The position numbers and the translations under genes were made by a program. Of a DNA stretch of 64,000 bases, positions 43,953 through 55,788 are shown in pieces. Numbering within the stretch: the first letter of the stretch is position 1; the number at the start of each line of letters is the position of its first letter. Under the pieces are notes generated by a model. It was not told the origin of the DNA. It saw only the letters and a list, made by a program, of their open reading frames with translations, and made no database searches. The DNA is taken from NCBI GenBank assembly GCA_027923505.1, contig BROI01000021.1, positions 124,001 to 188,000 of the forward strand, written 5' to 3'. This DNA comes from Mayamaea pseudoterrestris (taxonomy: Eukaryota).

Positions 43953-45464
43953 ATGAGTACTCCTAGTGACATTCCAGAAGTCTGGACGGCCGAGCAACTC
44001 ATGGGTCTCGAGAGCGAGTCGGAAGCACCACCAACGACCAAGGGCAAGGGAGTCGCTCAAGACCCCATGCTTTGGGGAGTCCCTGGACATTTGACCAAGT
44101 CGGAAGTAGACGTTTTCATGCAATTTAAGGAACAAGTCTACCAGCGCGATGCTGACTTTCAGGATACTATTTACAGTTTCGGAAGAGTTGAAGGGGAGTG
44201 CTGGTGCTTGTGCCGTTGGTTGCGCGCCCGCAAGTACGTTTTGGCGGATGTTCTGACCATGGTAGAGGAAGCGACAAAGGTTCGCAGTCAAGCCAAAGCG
44301 GCGGACTTTTATCCCGATCCAAAGGTCGCGCTTGGAGTGGATGCGGCCATTTACGTTTCCAATTACCCGCAGCTTTACACAGGACACGCCAAAATTGGAG
44401 TTCCACTGTACATTAGCAAGCCGGGAGTCCTGAACGTCGATGCCATTGAATGCATTACTACCTTGGATGGAATCGTCAAGTATCATTGGCATGTCATGAT
44501 GCATGACTTTGCGAATCGATTGCGGCAGCACAAGGAGGAACATCCGGAGCGCAAGCGGTGCGTATGGTCACATTAGATGTATGGCCTATGGAATGGGCTG
44601 GTATGATGCGCATTTATCATTCCATCATTCTTTGCTTCATCTCTATACTTTACTCAATCGATTCTCTCCAATATTTACGACGACTAATGCAGCTTTGAGT
44701 GCCTTTGTGTCCTCGACTTGGCCGGCTTGACGACGGCACAGCTTACGAGTCGCGCCCTTACCATTACCAAGGAGCAGGCGGCCATTGATTCAGTCTGCTT
44801 TCCGGAAACCATGCACAAGATGCTCATTGTTAACGCCCCAACATTCTTTGCGGCGACCTGGCGCATCATCAAGGGATGGCTCGATCCGAGAACGGCGGCC
44901 AAGATTGAGGTCATTTCCAACAAGGCGGCGGCCGAAAAGAGACTCTTGGAATTGGTGGACGCTGACTTGCTACCGACGGATTATGGCGGCAAGGCCAAGG
45001 ACACTGAAACGCTCATGGACGAGAGTGGAGCGACGGGCGGAGAAGGGGGAGCCTTCAAGGTGACCACCAAAATGCTATACACGAGGTGCGCGAAATGGTA
45101 ACATGTATCCATGATGTTGTTGACAAAAGTTATTCTCACATTAGTGCCCTTATCTCTTTGCAGAGGAAACGCATCGGAAGTTTTTGACATTGCCGCCGGC
45201 CAGCAGGTTGGCATTCAAGTCTTTACCAGGTCCATCCCTGGTGGCAAATTTCTCCTCACCACCGCTGACACCAAGCAGGAGTTGGGACCCATTGTCGAAG
45301 TCAAGCATACGGGCAAGGATGACGAAGCTGAATTGCCGACTCATCAGTCAATTACAAAGGATCGTATCCAGGGACCAATGAAGTTAAAGGTCAAGGCTGA
45401 CTCCAACGCGGGTCGGTTCGCCCGACAAAATTTCCTCATTGTCTTTCATCACTACAAGTCGTAA
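43953..45464 (+). CDS. CRAL-TRIO/Sec14 lipid-binding protein; exons 43953-44557, 44693-45085, 45164-45464
   Basis: LCRWLRARKY, VLDLAGL, CFPETMHKMLIVNAPTFFAATWRIIKGWLDPRTAAKI, LLPTDYGG. Two GT-AG introns restore the frame. Confidence 0.9.
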
Positions 45465-45596
45465 ACTCATAGTGGGAGGAGGTGGCGTGGAGTGATTGCA
45501 GCAGATAAGTACTAAAACATATTTGTAACGAAGATAAACTAAATAGACTATACGCCTATTTAGGTGCCAATGAAAGATGCAATCGTGGCAACCTTT

Positions 45597-48500
45597 CTAC
45601 TCGGCTCCGGAATCATCCTTGTCCGATTGATCACCCTGATCACCAGACAACGCAGCGGCGGCTGCTTGCTTCAAACGACCGCCCCAACCGGACCCAGCGG
45701 CAGCAGCCGTTGACTGCGCTGTCAAACTCTTTCCGACAGATGAAGTCACCGACTTCCATACAGCCAATGCTGCTTCGGCCTGCTCCATTGCTCCCTTTTT
45801 CAATGGACGCTTGCGGGTACTTTCGTTAATGTGCTGTGCAAACACGTGATCTAAACGAAGACCTGGGACAGTGCTACGATCCTGCGCAATCTTTGTCGCC
45901 TTGTCATCCGTCGGAGCAACGGCTAACATCGTCTCCGTCATGGTGTCGATCAAGTCGTAAATAGCCGCTTCCTCCTGTGGCTTCATCAAGTGGTACAAGT
46001 CGCCGACGATTAACTTCGTAATAGCTGGATTGCGCACCTTCTTTTGCAACACCAACACAAAATCTTGGGCATCGCTCCTCGAAACGCCGGACGCAATGGC
46101 TAGAATCTCAATCACTGCTTCCAAAAGGTCGAATTCGGCCTCAATGACTCGCCTAAGCGTCGGATAATTTTCACTGAGTCCCTCAAAGTACTCCTTAATG
46201 ACACTAAAGTCGTCGCGCATGCGAGCAACCGCCTTTTCATTGTCCGTAAAGTATGAGCTGCGTGAGCTGTTGTGAACAGCAGACTTGGCAAGCAAGACCT
46301 TGATATAAAAGTTGACCGACGACGTTATTTGCGCCTCCAAGGCCTTCATGACCATGACTTCGTCCAGGAATGCCTCCAAATCTTCCATAAAATCATCCAG
46401 CGTTCGAACAATCGTCAGCGCCAATTCATTGTTTGTCAGCTGATTGAGCCACTCCTCTCCGAAGAAGTCAGCAAATGTAGCCTCTTCAATTGGCTCAAAG
46501 CAGTAAACATGGGTCTTTTGCGCCGCGTAAACGGCGTCACTGCTGTACAGGCCCAGGAGTGCAGCTGACTGCTCCTCCAACGTTTCTGTCGCTTCGGCAG
46601 AGAGTTTGCACTCGTCTTGAATCTCCGTCATTATATCTTCGCATTTTTCGCTCATGCGGAAGAAGTCATTCGATGCGGCACAGCAAGTTTCAAAATCAGA
46701 GCAAAATAAGTCGCGCGAGTGCATCTGATTCTCGTACAAATTCTTGAAAATCACTCCGACCGCCTGTACAAGCGCCTCGGACCGTCTCGTGAGGCGCTCG
46801 CGAATGGTACGCAGCTGAACGCCGGCAATCGCGTAAACATCCTCGCAAAGTGAGGTGACCAGGCGGCCCTCCGCTGTTTCAATCTTAGTATGGTCCGCCT
46901 TGTATACCTTCTGCAGCCAATCTTCCGTTTGTTCCTTGGTGCGATACAAGAACTCGTCCTTGGCAAGGTCGTGAACGTCCCACAAGGTGTTGTTGATCCA
47001 AGCAAGACTGTCTCTGGCAACATCCACGTCGACTCGCTTATTATCGTCGACCAAAAGCTTTGGAGGCGTGTCCAAGTATGTGCGATGTGACGTGATCTCG
47101 CCAATGTTCGGAAATGATTCTTCAATAATTTCACGAAATGTCTCGACCCAAGCGACAAGATCCAACAGCTGCGTCACGGTTAAATCAGGCAACTTGTGAC
47201 CCTCCGGACCACCAATCTGCTGCAGGATATTGTTGCTGCAAACATGCGCAACATTAGTCACCCACAGAACTTCAATCATCCACTCATCCGGGAAGCAAGG
47301 TACCATCAGCTCCTTCACGACACCAATCTCAGAGGCAAGTTCATTCGCCGCCCGAAGGACAGCACTAAACTTCTTGTTTTGAACCTCGACCTCCCCTTCA
47401 TCATCTGTGGCAATGTCCGCCACTTGCGAGGTAAGCTCGCGGAATAGGTCAAGTCCTCGCGTCTCAAAGTCCTTGTACAATTCACCCAACGCCACGGCTC
47501 TCATGTCCGTAAAGCGCAAGTTCGTCTCCTGACCAGCTTCCTCTCCATGCACCGACTTGTAATCCAAATTCGCACTCTGATAAACTTCAACTGCCTCGAC
47601 GAGAGCCACCATGCCAGCTGGGTTATTGACGGCCAAGTCAAAGGCCGTGGCAATGCCACTCATAATGCGCAACCGAATCTCGTCTCCCAAGTCCCAAACA
47701 TTCTCAACATGCGCCTGTAGAAAACGATCTATAAGCTCGTGATTGTTCTTGCCGCTAACCTTGGCGAATGACTGATTGCTGAAGGTATTGTCTCGCTTCT
47801 TCTTCTTGCCAATAATGTCATCCTCAAGTCGCTTCTTCATCCCTGCCTCAGCTTCTACGAGAAATATTTCAAGCTCGACATGCTCCCGACAAACTGATCG
47901 CAACGTTGACCATTCATGTGCCGTCCATTCGCAGCTCTGCAACTCTTCACGCAGACGGTCACATGTGCTTGGAATTTGCGAGAAAAAGTCCAGTTCGCGA
48001 AAGCACCGCGCCAAGTTACGTCGAGCATTAATGGCCTGTTTTAACTTTGGATACTTGGTCAGCATGAACTGGTTCGCTTGGTCAACGTCACCGGCGTTGG
48101 AAACGTAGGTAGACAATTCGCGTAAACGACCAATATCGTCTTTGGTAGCAATGACCGCATTAACCAGCTCCTGTACTTCAGTTCCAGTCGCAGCTACACC
48201 ATCGTTTAAGCGCGTATTAATCAAGGCCAGCTGCCGATTCGTGGAGTTGCGCAGCTTGGCAATCTCTGCATCCATTTTCGATGACCCTTCAATGGGAAAT
48301 CCGTGTTGACCGACTTCGACACCTTCCTCCGACTGCTGCGTTTGCACGGATCGACTGGTGCCTTCACTATTGGGTGTATCCGGTCGCTGCAACGTCCAAG
48401 ACGTCATGCCGCCATGCACCAATAACTCGTCAATCAAGCCGTGATCAAACATCCAGCAGCTGACGATTGCAATCGCTCTGGCTTCCGCCTTGCGTTCAAA

Positions 48501-49169
48501 CTCAGTCAATGACAAGTTTTGAACAGCCGTGGAAATGTCTTGAGGGTCTTGCGGACGAGAAAATATCGGGACAGATGACTCCATAGAGTTTGACCCTTGC
48601 TGCAGCTGTTGCTTGGATTGCTTCTTGCCACCAACCGATTGATCCTTCTTCTCCTCGGCAAGCTTTTCGTAAAATACCTTTTGAATCAAATGATAATCAT
48701 CATATGGCCATAATCCGATTTTGCGGTTACCAACCTGGATAGGCTGATCGTCTGCTTGATAGTAGTCAAAGTCGATGGCGCTTTCCTCCAAGCTTCCTTG
48801 CGTCCCGAAGAAGGAACGAAAGGTGGTTGAAGCCTTGGCCTTGTCCTTACTGGATAGTTCCGTTCCTGTAGTCTTGGCGCGCGTGACAATGTTTGGACGA
48901 CGGACTCCAGATTGCTGCGATGAATATGCTTCTCCAGCTGCATCTGCTGCAAAGACTGAATCATTCGCATCCATGCCTGGTAGAATCGGTGTCTCATCCT
49001 CATGCTTGCGCTCCTCTTTGGCAGCCTTGGCGCGTTCTCGGCGCTTTTGTATTTTGGAGAAATCAACGTCAAAGTCAAATGGATTATCAGAAGACGCCTT
49101 GGCAGACGATGGAGTATCGGCTGCATCCGCGGAGGCTGCAGGTTGGCCCTGTTCCGATTGCGATGACAT
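45597..49169 (-). CDS. SEC6: Exocyst complex component Sec6/EXOC3-like
   Basis: 1190-aa helical protein. PAGMVALVEAVEV, VPCFPDEW, LLDLVAWV and CCAASNDF resemble Sec6 conserved blocks. Confidence 0.7.
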   Translation of the reverse strand: MSSQSEQGQPAASADAADTPSSAKASSDNPFDFDVDFSKIQKRRERAKAAKEERKHEDETPILPGMDANDSVFAADAAGEAYSSQQSGVRRPNIVTRAKTTGTELSSKDKAKASTTFRSFFGTQGSLEESAIDFDYYQADDQPIQVGNRKIGLWPYDDYHLIQKVFYEKLAEEKKDQSVGGKKQSKQQLQQGSNSMESSVPIFSRPQDPQDISTAVQNLSLTEFERKAEARAIAIVSCWMFDHGLIDELLVHGGMTSWTLQRPDTPNSEGTSRSVQTQQSEEGVEVGQHGFPIEGSSKMDAEIAKLRNSTNRQLALINTRLNDGVAATGTEVQELVNAVIATKDDIGRLRELSTYVSNAGDVDQANQFMLTKYPKLKQAINARRNLARCFRELDFFSQIPSTCDRLREELQSCEWTAHEWSTLRSVCREHVELEIFLVEAEAGMKKRLEDDIIGKKKKRDNTFSNQSFAKVSGKNNHELIDRFLQAHVENVWDLGDEIRLRIMSGIATAFDLAVNNPAGMVALVEAVEVYQSANLDYKSVHGEEAGQETNLRFTDMRAVALGELYKDFETRGLDLFRELTSQVADIATDDEGEVEVQNKKFSAVLRAANELASEIGVVKELMVPCFPDEWMIEVLWVTNVAHVCSNNILQQIGGPEGHKLPDLTVTQLLDLVAWVETFREIIEESFPNIGEITSHRTYLDTPPKLLVDDNKRVDVDVARDSLAWINNTLWDVHDLAKDEFLYRTKEQTEDWLQKVYKADHTKIETAEGRLVTSLCEDVYAIAGVQLRTIRERLTRRSEALVQAVGVIFKNLYENQMHSRDLFCSDFETCCAASNDFFRMSEKCEDIMTEIQDECKLSAEATETLEEQSAALLGLYSSDAVYAAQKTHVYCFEPIEEATFADFFGEEWLNQLTNNELALTIVRTLDDFMEDLEAFLDEVMVMKALEAQITSSVNFYIKVLLAKSAVHNSSRSSYFTDNEKAVARMRDDFSVIKEYFEGLSENYPTLRRVIEAEFDLLEAVIEILAIASGVSRSDAQDFVLVLQKKVRNPAITKLIVGDLYHLMKPQEEAAIYDLIDTMTETMLAVAPTDDKATKIAQDRSTVPGLRLDHVFAQHINESTRKRPLKKGAMEQAEAALAVWKSVTSSVGKSLTAQSTAAAAGSGWGGRLKQAAAAALSGDQGDQSDKDDSGAE

Positions 49170-49536
49170 GATGATGATTGCTAATTATCCCGGTCTTGCT
49201 CCTCGATTGCAACAACTCTTGGTCTTGCAACTGCAAAATCTATCAGAGTATTATAACGCAACGGATACTCGTAATGTTTTATGACTCGTATCACGAAGAT
49301 GGAGATACCGTAGATAAACCTGCAAAGTTGGTCTTGCAACGCTGCGGCGGCAAGCAGCATCCATGGCCGAAAGGCATCCATCCGTGAATTTCGCTGCGAC
49401 TTAAGACCGAATTTAGCTACCCAATCTTTTCTCATCGTGGCCACTCCAATACTGTACCTGCACCGGTCTACCGGTAGTATAATACTATTGGTAAACTAGT
49501 CGCTATGCAACTCTTTTCACTGCCACCGCATTGTTT

Positions 49537-50376
49537 CTACTTGCTACTGCTGTTGTTGCCGCCAAGTAGCTGCGACATCGCACTCATTGCTTCACTATTG
49601 CCACCTGACAGTTTCTGAGCCGTCAATGCCGCACGATTGTCTTGAACAGTGATGACATTGCCCCCATGCTTGTCCTGTACCAAAATATAGACAAAATCTC
49701 CACTCGGCATGCTGTTGCTCACTTCAGCAAAGACAAATGCATGGCCAAAGCGTCCTTCCAAGTTGTATCGGACGCGCGTGCGCTTGGAACCATCCTCCTG
49801 ATCCGTGTATTCCGTATGGTCAATGAAGTTGCGTCGACCTTCCCGATGACCGCCATGGTCACGGCCGTAACCCTTCAATGGCTCGCCAAATCGTCGCTGG
49901 ACCTCGGGGTGCTGTCGGACGAGTTCCAGTGATCGATCAAACACGCGGTTCGGACTCATTTTGCTGTCAAGTAAAAGAAGCAATAATTTCATAATGAGCC
50001 ATGCATGACCCTGATAGTCAAGACGTATGTAAAGGAGTGTAATACTACAGTATACGTACGTTGGTAAAAGCTCCTTGCCAATGTAAAAGGCGCACGCCGC
50101 GGCAAACGCTCCAATTCCCAACCACAATCCAAGTCGAGACGCTACCACGACTTTCTCGCCTGGAGTCAAAACAATTTCCTTGGTATCGCCATTTGCGTCA
50201 TTCAACGGATTCTTGTCGGATGAATCGCTGAAGGAGCGTAAGGAAACAGGACGATGTAAAACAGTAACAGGATTGATCCTCAACAATGAAGTCGTTTGTT
50301 GCTGCAGAAGCAACCCAGAATGTTGCATACGCAGCAATCGGCAACTAGTAAGACGCGGTACACCACGTCGAAGCAT
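49537..50376 (-). CDS. TIM21: Mitochondrial inner-membrane translocase subunit Tim21; exons 50376-50060 and 49963-49537
   Basis: Mitochondrial leader MLRRGVPRL, one TM helix, then KELLP-SPNRVFDRSL...FGEPLKGYG...RVRYNLEG. A 96-nt GTACGT..GACAG intron. Confidence 0.88.
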   Translation of the reverse strand: MLRRGVPRLTSCRLLRMQHSGLLLQQQTTSLLRINPVTVLHRPVSLRSFSDSSDKNPLNDANGDTKEIVLTPGEKVVVASRLGLWLGIGAFAAACAFYIGKELLPTYVYCSITLLYIRLDYQGHAWLIMKLLLLLLDSKMSPNRVFDRSLELVRQHPEVQRRFGEPLKGYGRDHGGHREGRRNFIDHTEYTDQEDGSKRTRVRYNLEGRFGHAFVFAEVSNSMPSGDFVYILVQDKHGGNVITVQDNRAALTAQKLSGGNSEAMSAMSQLLGGNNSSSK

Positions 50377-50634
50377 TCTATAAGAAACAATTGCTGAAGG
50401 ACGCAAGTAAAAATGATTGCTATGTACAGCATGGAATGCGAGCGGCGGGCGAGCGACGCCTCCGCGACGCACACTGTTACTCCCGGTGCGACATGCATTT
50501 TTGCTAATTTTTGTCGACTCACAAAATCGAGCATCATTCGTCTTCATCGTGTAATGCAAATAACGATAACAACTGATCGCAGCATTTCATTGCAAGAAGC
50601 GTTCGAGACAATTACATTTCTTTAGTTTGAATCA

Positions 50635-52680
50635 ATGTCTGTCGCTTCCTTTGACAGTCAGGCAACTGTCCAAGAGATACTTGAACAGTTGGAACGGAAT
50701 TCACAGTCCATCCAAACGCTCATTATTCGATCCGTCCTGGACGACTCGACTGTAAGAGACTTCCATGATGCTATTATTGACAAGAAGCGAATGGTATCAT
50801 CTTTGCAGACCTTAGAGTTACCATGCAACAATCTCTCGTCTTGTTCCCTGCCATTGCTTGCACGCATTCTGCAGTCGGCGCAGAATTTACGAAACGTTAA
50901 TCTATCAGAAAATCATTTAGGAGACGCTTGCAACAATCAAGGACTCGAGTTATTCGTTGACGTTTTTACTAATGCAAACATTGACTGTCATGTGCAGACA
51001 TTGGACCTTCGTCAGAACAAGATTGGGCCCAAGGGAGGTCACGCTCTCAGTCGCTTGCTACGGCATAATTCGTCACTTAAATCACTTTCGCTGGCACAGA
51101 ATGCTCTCGGCACCAAAACAATCAAGGCCATTGCTCCGTCTCTTGCTCAAAATATTACCTTGCAGTATCTGGATCTGTCGTACAATAAACTTTCGGATCG
51201 AGGCATTTCGATGCTTGTGGCAGCAACATTTGACAGTCTTTCGCAGAGTCGACTGGCGTCCTTGGACTTGCAGTACAACAAGATCGGTCCAGCGGGTGCT
51301 CATGTTTTATCCAAGGCACTATTGAATAATCACAATAAATACTTGACTTGTTTAAACCTTTCCCTCAATTGCTTGGGTCCAGAAGGAGCGCAAGCCTTTG
51401 CTTCCGTTCTGAAACACTCGCACACTTTACAACATCTATACTTAAGTCGCAACGACTTGTCAACTGGAACATTACCGCTTCTTCACGGACTAGCCGACTC
51501 GCAAGTGACACGTCTGCAGCTACTTGACTTGAGTTGGAACTCGCTCAAGGACGATGTTGCTGTGTACCTGGCCGAGCAAGTGCTTCCAAACAATTCACAC
51601 TTGGAAGTTTTAAATTTAGCGTCGAATGCAATCAGTGACATTGGCATGATGGCCTTGGCCAAGGCACTGGCAGCAGATTTGACATTGCGCGAATTGAACA
51701 TTGTTGGAAACCAAGCAAAGGATATAAGTGCGCTTGCGCTTGCCGAAGTGTTGACCTCGCCCCACTGCTATTTGGAGACGCTTCATTGGGAGAAAAATAA
51801 TTTCACGCAAGCTGGAAAAAGACGCATACAAGCAGCTATAAAGTATAGAGTGAATGTGAAACAGTGGCTGGGCAAGTACTTGAAGGATATTCGCACGCGG
51901 AAAGTTATGGCGATTGATATTTCTTCGCGACGTATAGGCGACGATGAATTGATTGCCATTTGCCGCGCAATAGCCAAGTACAAGACTCGTGTGCCGACGT
52001 TGTGGCTGTTTGGAGGAGGCAGCAGCAATGATGGAAAAAGCAATGTCACGACTGATTGTAGCAATAGCAGCGACGAAGACGACGGTGTCCACGATATTCA
52101 AGTCATTACCAGTCGAGGCATTACAGTTTTGGCAAAGAGCGTCTTGGCCAAGAATGCTGGTCGAGTGGAGCGAGTCTACATAGATCAATTTGCTACGGTT
52201 AGCGACGACGGCTGGTTAGCTTTAATGCAGGCGCTGGTGACCAATCACACGGTTGTCATATTGTCCTTGACGAAAAGCAACGTAAGCATGACAGCGATCA
52301 AGTCGTTGGCTGTCGCCCTTCAACGCAATGTTATTTTGGAACGGTTAAACCTTAGCGACAATAAGCTTGGTGATGGCGCTTTGTTGGAGCTTGTACAGTC
52401 AAAGTTTCGACTGAAATCACTAAATTTGTCGCGCAATGAAATTTCCGATCTAGGACCAGCCTCATTGCCCATGCTCGCTGGAAATGTGCTCCAAGAGCTC
52501 TATCTTGCCGGCAATAATATTTCGGATGCTGGTGCTCTGGATTTTGCGAAGGCATGCATACATGGTACGCATCTCCAGTGGATCAGCTTGTCACAAAACC
52601 GACTCACATACCGAGGTAAGCGCGCACTTAAGCTGTTTCTACCCGAGTTTGCCATTTTGGAAGCTGACGAGCAGCGCTGA
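50635..52680 (+). CDS. Ribonuclease-inhibitor-like leucine-rich repeat protein
   Basis: Many ~28-aa LxxLxLxxNxIGxxGxxxL repeats across 681 aa. Confidence 0.85.
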   Translation: MSVASFDSQATVQEILEQLERNSQSIQTLIIRSVLDDSTVRDFHDAIIDKKRMVSSLQTLELPCNNLSSCSLPLLARILQSAQNLRNVNLSENHLGDACNNQGLELFVDVFTNANIDCHVQTLDLRQNKIGPKGGHALSRLLRHNSSLKSLSLAQNALGTKTIKAIAPSLAQNITLQYLDLSYNKLSDRGISMLVAATFDSLSQSRLASLDLQYNKIGPAGAHVLSKALLNNHNKYLTCLNLSLNCLGPEGAQAFASVLKHSHTLQHLYLSRNDLSTGTLPLLHGLADSQVTRLQLLDLSWNSLKDDVAVYLAEQVLPNNSHLEVLNLASNAISDIGMMALAKALAADLTLRELNIVGNQAKDISALALAEVLTSPHCYLETLHWEKNNFTQAGKRRIQAAIKYRVNVKQWLGKYLKDIRTRKVMAIDISSRRIGDDELIAICRAIAKYKTRVPTLWLFGGGSSNDGKSNVTTDCSNSSDEDDGVHDIQVITSRGITVLAKSVLAKNAGRVERVYIDQFATVSDDGWLALMQALVTNHTVVILSLTKSNVSMTAIKSLAVALQRNVILERLNLSDNKLGDGALLELVQSKFRLKSLNLSRNEISDLGPASLPMLAGNVLQELYLAGNNISDAGALDFAKACIHGTHLQWISLSQNRLTYRGKRALKLFLPEFAILEADEQR

Positions 52681-52734
52681 TAGCAGAATGCATGCATATA
52701 CAGTACAACCTAGGCTAATATATAACTACACATC

Positions 52735-53709
52735 TCACTGCTTTACCTTTTCGTCGTCATCGTCGTCGTCGTTGGCAACTTCGACGACTTGCGCAACGCC
52801 TGGATATGGAGGCATGGCAATCTTGTATTTATCGGCCAATTTGAAAGGCAGGAAGCGGCCTCCCACAAAATGTCGTCCATGAAAGTACTTGGCCGACAAC
52901 TTGGGGGCCGTTAGACTCACCAAGACGTCAGGCATGAACCCCGTTTTAGAAATATCGCCTTGATCAACGTTCCATCCTGAAGGAACGTCGACAGATACTG
53001 TCAACACCTTTCGATTGTTCTGTGCTTGCTGAATTTGCTGCAGTATATTTTTGAACGGATCCCTTGGTTCTCCTTGGAACGAAAAGCCAAATATAGCATC
53101 AATGATACAATCATACTCGTCCATCGCGCGATCCAACTCTGATATATCCGAATGCACCTTGATGCCAACGTCTAGACATTGCTGTACCAAGTTGCCATAG
53201 TGTGGCTGCTTAGATGACTGCTTTGGATAAAGGACCGTAGCATCATATTCAAACATGACTAAATGCCTCGCTGCCACCAAGCCATCGCCTCCATTGTTTC
53301 CTGGACCGCAAATGACCAAAACATGAGGCTTTTGCGGCTTCTTCGCGGTGCTGCTGACTATTGTTTTATCTGAAGATTCCTCGCCATGCGGCAGACGCTG
53401 GCGTTCCTGAAGGACTTGGTAGACTGCTTCAGCAACCGATAAGCCAGCCAGTTCCATGAGTTGCTCCAATGTGAATCCCGGTTGCGTCATGAGCTCTTGG
53501 TCCAACTTGAAGGCAGAGTCTGCGTCGAGGTATCCATCAGTCGAAGAGGAAGGTGATGTCGTCATGATGGCTGTTGCTGCCTTCGCCGTCGTTGCTCGAC
53601 AAGTCGCCTGTGCTCTTGCAAAAGCTCTTGCTGCTCTTCTACTACTTGTTCGGAATGCGGGTGATATGCAAAACAAGCAAATTGGTCGCCACCATACTAA
53701 TGCAACCAT
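52735..53709 (-). CDS. NAXE: NAD(P)H-hydrate epimerase (YjeF_N)
   Basis: QLMELAGLSVAEA, ICGPGNNGGDGLVAARHL, IIDAIFGFSF, VSVDVPSGW, LVSLTAPK, HFVGGRF. Confidence 0.95.
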   Translation of the reverse strand: MVALVWWRPICLFCISPAFRTSSRRAARAFARAQATCRATTAKAATAIMTTSPSSSTDGYLDADSAFKLDQELMTQPGFTLEQLMELAGLSVAEAVYQVLQERQRLPHGEESSDKTIVSSTAKKPQKPHVLVICGPGNNGGDGLVAARHLVMFEYDATVLYPKQSSKQPHYGNLVQQCLDVGIKVHSDISELDRAMDEYDCIIDAIFGFSFQGEPRDPFKNILQQIQQAQNNRKVLTVSVDVPSGWNVDQGDISKTGFMPDVLVSLTAPKLSAKYFHGRHFVGGRFLPFKLADKYKIAMPPYPGVAQVVEVANDDDDDDEKVKQ

Positions 53710-53907
53710 CGTCGTCTCGGGATGCTCGCATCGAATTTATGTGACGCGTTCGAAGAATTTCTCAGCTGAGAAACGCTGCGACATTTTTTGCAGGCAGCTA
53801 CCTCGTATATTCGTCTTCCAGTACAAACGACCAAGCCAGTCAATGCCTGATCGTACATGGTAGCTTGACCGAACAAGCATTCACTATAAACATTTGCGCT
53901 ATGTTCA

Positions 53908-55788
53908 CTATGTTTCCCAAGGATCCATGTCGACTAGCTCCGTATCAACTTCGTCTAGTAGCTTGTCATGCGGCAGTCGCTCCAGTCCAGTGCGAAACGC
54001 TCGCTCCGACGAAACCAAACCCAAGTTGCTAGCGCGGGACGTGTAAAGGCAGGCATAGTTTTGAACGTAGAAGGCAAAACGCGAATCTTGGTAACCGGCA
54101 TTAAACATGGCGCCCCAGCTTAGATGAAATTCCTTGTGCCATTCCTCAGCTAAATGGGAGAGCTTCTGCTTGATCAACCCGTCTTCCTCGAATATGCCCG
54201 CTAGTGCGATGGTCTTGTCTTCTTCGGAAACATCAACACTTCGCCGAATAGCATCGCCATAAACACAAAGTTCCTCGCGTAACTGACGCAGAGCCGTCAC
54301 TTGGCGCAGCAGTGGCTGCTGCTCACGAAATGTGCGCATTTCATCCTCCAATTCGGGCATGATAAAGACGGACCGCCAACCAAGAGTTCGTTTAGACCGC
54401 AAAACGTCGGAATACAAATGGTCCCCGACGTACATAATCTCTTCTCCAGCTTCCGTCTCCAACAAGGCATGCAAATGCTTCCAATTGCCACCTTGAAAGA
54501 CTTTGCCTTGCGCCAAGAATTTGCCTGCACCATCTTTCCCGTAAGCAGCAATCTCGTATGTGCCATCCGTATTGCGCAATGTACCATCTTCTGGCTGGAC
54601 TCGAAACAAATTCAAGTAAGGATCCAGCATGAACGCCGGCTTGCAGGAACCAACTATGCAAATATCAAAGAGTTCTAGCCATTCGTTGCGCTTTTGCGTT
54701 TCATCATCAACCAGTTTGCCATGGTACAAGTAGTTCATCGCTGTAGACGTGTATTCCCACAGTGAGTTGGTCAACAAAAATACCTTGACACCATCTTCTC
54801 GGTAGCGCTTTAACGTTGGGACCATACCCTTGTCAAGCACAATGTACTTTTCAGGGTCACGAGCAACTTCATCCTTAATAACGCCGTCCCGATGGCAAAG
54901 GTCTACGCACTCGCGAACGTCTCGATATAAGTCTTCGTAGGTTTTCAAATCCATAAACTCTGACTCGCCATCGTCGCGCAACTCAATCAACTTGGAGTAC
55001 AAATCGCAGTCTACAAACTGAAAGAGTGTATCGCATGCAACAAAATGCTTTTCCGTAAAGGAAATGACCTTGTTAAAAGTGCGCGAGTAAAGTAGCTTGC
55101 GTGTCGTCGAAGAAATCTTGCGTCGGCCATGAAATGCGACACGCACATACCTATGTCGATCAATCTTGAGAAAGTTGCCACGCTGCGTGTCAATGATCAA
55201 GCCTCTTGTCCAATGCGTATGGTCGTACTCGAAGTCAAGAACAGCCTTTGGATATCCAAGCGATTCTACAAGTTTACGCTTGGCGCCGTCAAAGGCAAGT
55301 CGGTCAAATGCTGGTTGCTGATACTGCGCTAGTGTATAGTCCATGTCAAATCCTATGGCTAGAATACCAGACATTTTGATTTCCCGATTGCAAAAGATAT
55401 CGTATGGAGTAATTGGCCGTTTCAAAGGTAGTTGAGAAACGTGCGTAAAGTGTGACAGATCGAGGCCAACTTGTTGAAGAACAGAAGTGAATCGATTGGT
55501 GGAAGAACCACAAGTTGACTGTTGTACCTGCTCAAGCGTCGGCAGCTGTTCATGATGATGATCTGTAGCTGAACCTGAATCTTCTCCATCAAGTCGTTGC
55601 TCGGCATCTTCGTCTGAATCGACTTCGTAGGACGATGAAACTTCTGCCTTGCGGTCAGCGAAGAGTCGAGTCGATGTCGATTGCGATCGGGTTGCTGCCA
55701 GCGGTCTTACAATTCCGCCAAAAGACTGCGCGGAACGAAGCCATGGCATTATTAACACGCTTACTCGCATAATATCACGAAGCTTCAT
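53908..55788 (-). CDS. HAD-superfamily 5'-nucleotidase (cN-II/NT5DC type), predicted plastid-targeted
   Basis: GFDMDYTLAQY, RGLIIDTQRGNFLKID, FLLTNS, KPAF, YVGDHLYSD, YACLYTS; presequence AQS-F. Confidence 0.92.
   Translation of the reverse strand: MKLRDIMRVSVLIMPWLRSAQSFGGIVRPLAATRSQSTSTRLFADRKAEVSSSYEVDSDEDAEQRLDGEDSGSATDHHHEQLPTLEQVQQSTCGSSTNRFTSVLQQVGLDLSHFTHVSQLPLKRPITPYDIFCNREIKMSGILAIGFDMDYTLAQYQQPAFDRLAFDGAKRKLVESLGYPKAVLDFEYDHTHWTRGLIIDTQRGNFLKIDRHRYVRVAFHGRRKISSTTRKLLYSRTFNKVISFTEKHFVACDTLFQFVDCDLYSKLIELRDDGESEFMDLKTYEDLYRDVRECVDLCHRDGVIKDEVARDPEKYIVLDKGMVPTLKRYREDGVKVFLLTNSLWEYTSTAMNYLYHGKLVDDETQKRNEWLELFDICIVGSCKPAFMLDPYLNLFRVQPEDGTLRNTDGTYEIAAYGKDGAGKFLAQGKVFQGGNWKHLHALLETEAGEEIMYVGDHLYSDVLRSKRTLGWRSVFIMPELEDEMRTFREQQPLLRQVTALRQLREELCVYGDAIRRSVDVSEEDKTIALAGIFEEDGLIKQKLSHLAEEWHKEFHLSWGAMFNAGYQDSRFAFYVQNYACLYTSRASNLGLVSSERAFRTGLERLPHDKLLDEVDTELVDMDPWET

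Noticed and set aside
43620..44543. 307-aa minus-strand ORF
   Set aside because: Antisense shadow of the CRAL-TRIO gene, as with most other overlapping ORFs in the track.
52735..55788. NAXE next to a 5'-nucleotidase as a metabolite-repair gene cluster
   Set aside because: Adjacency of two genes in a compact genome, with no evidence of co-regulation, is not enough.
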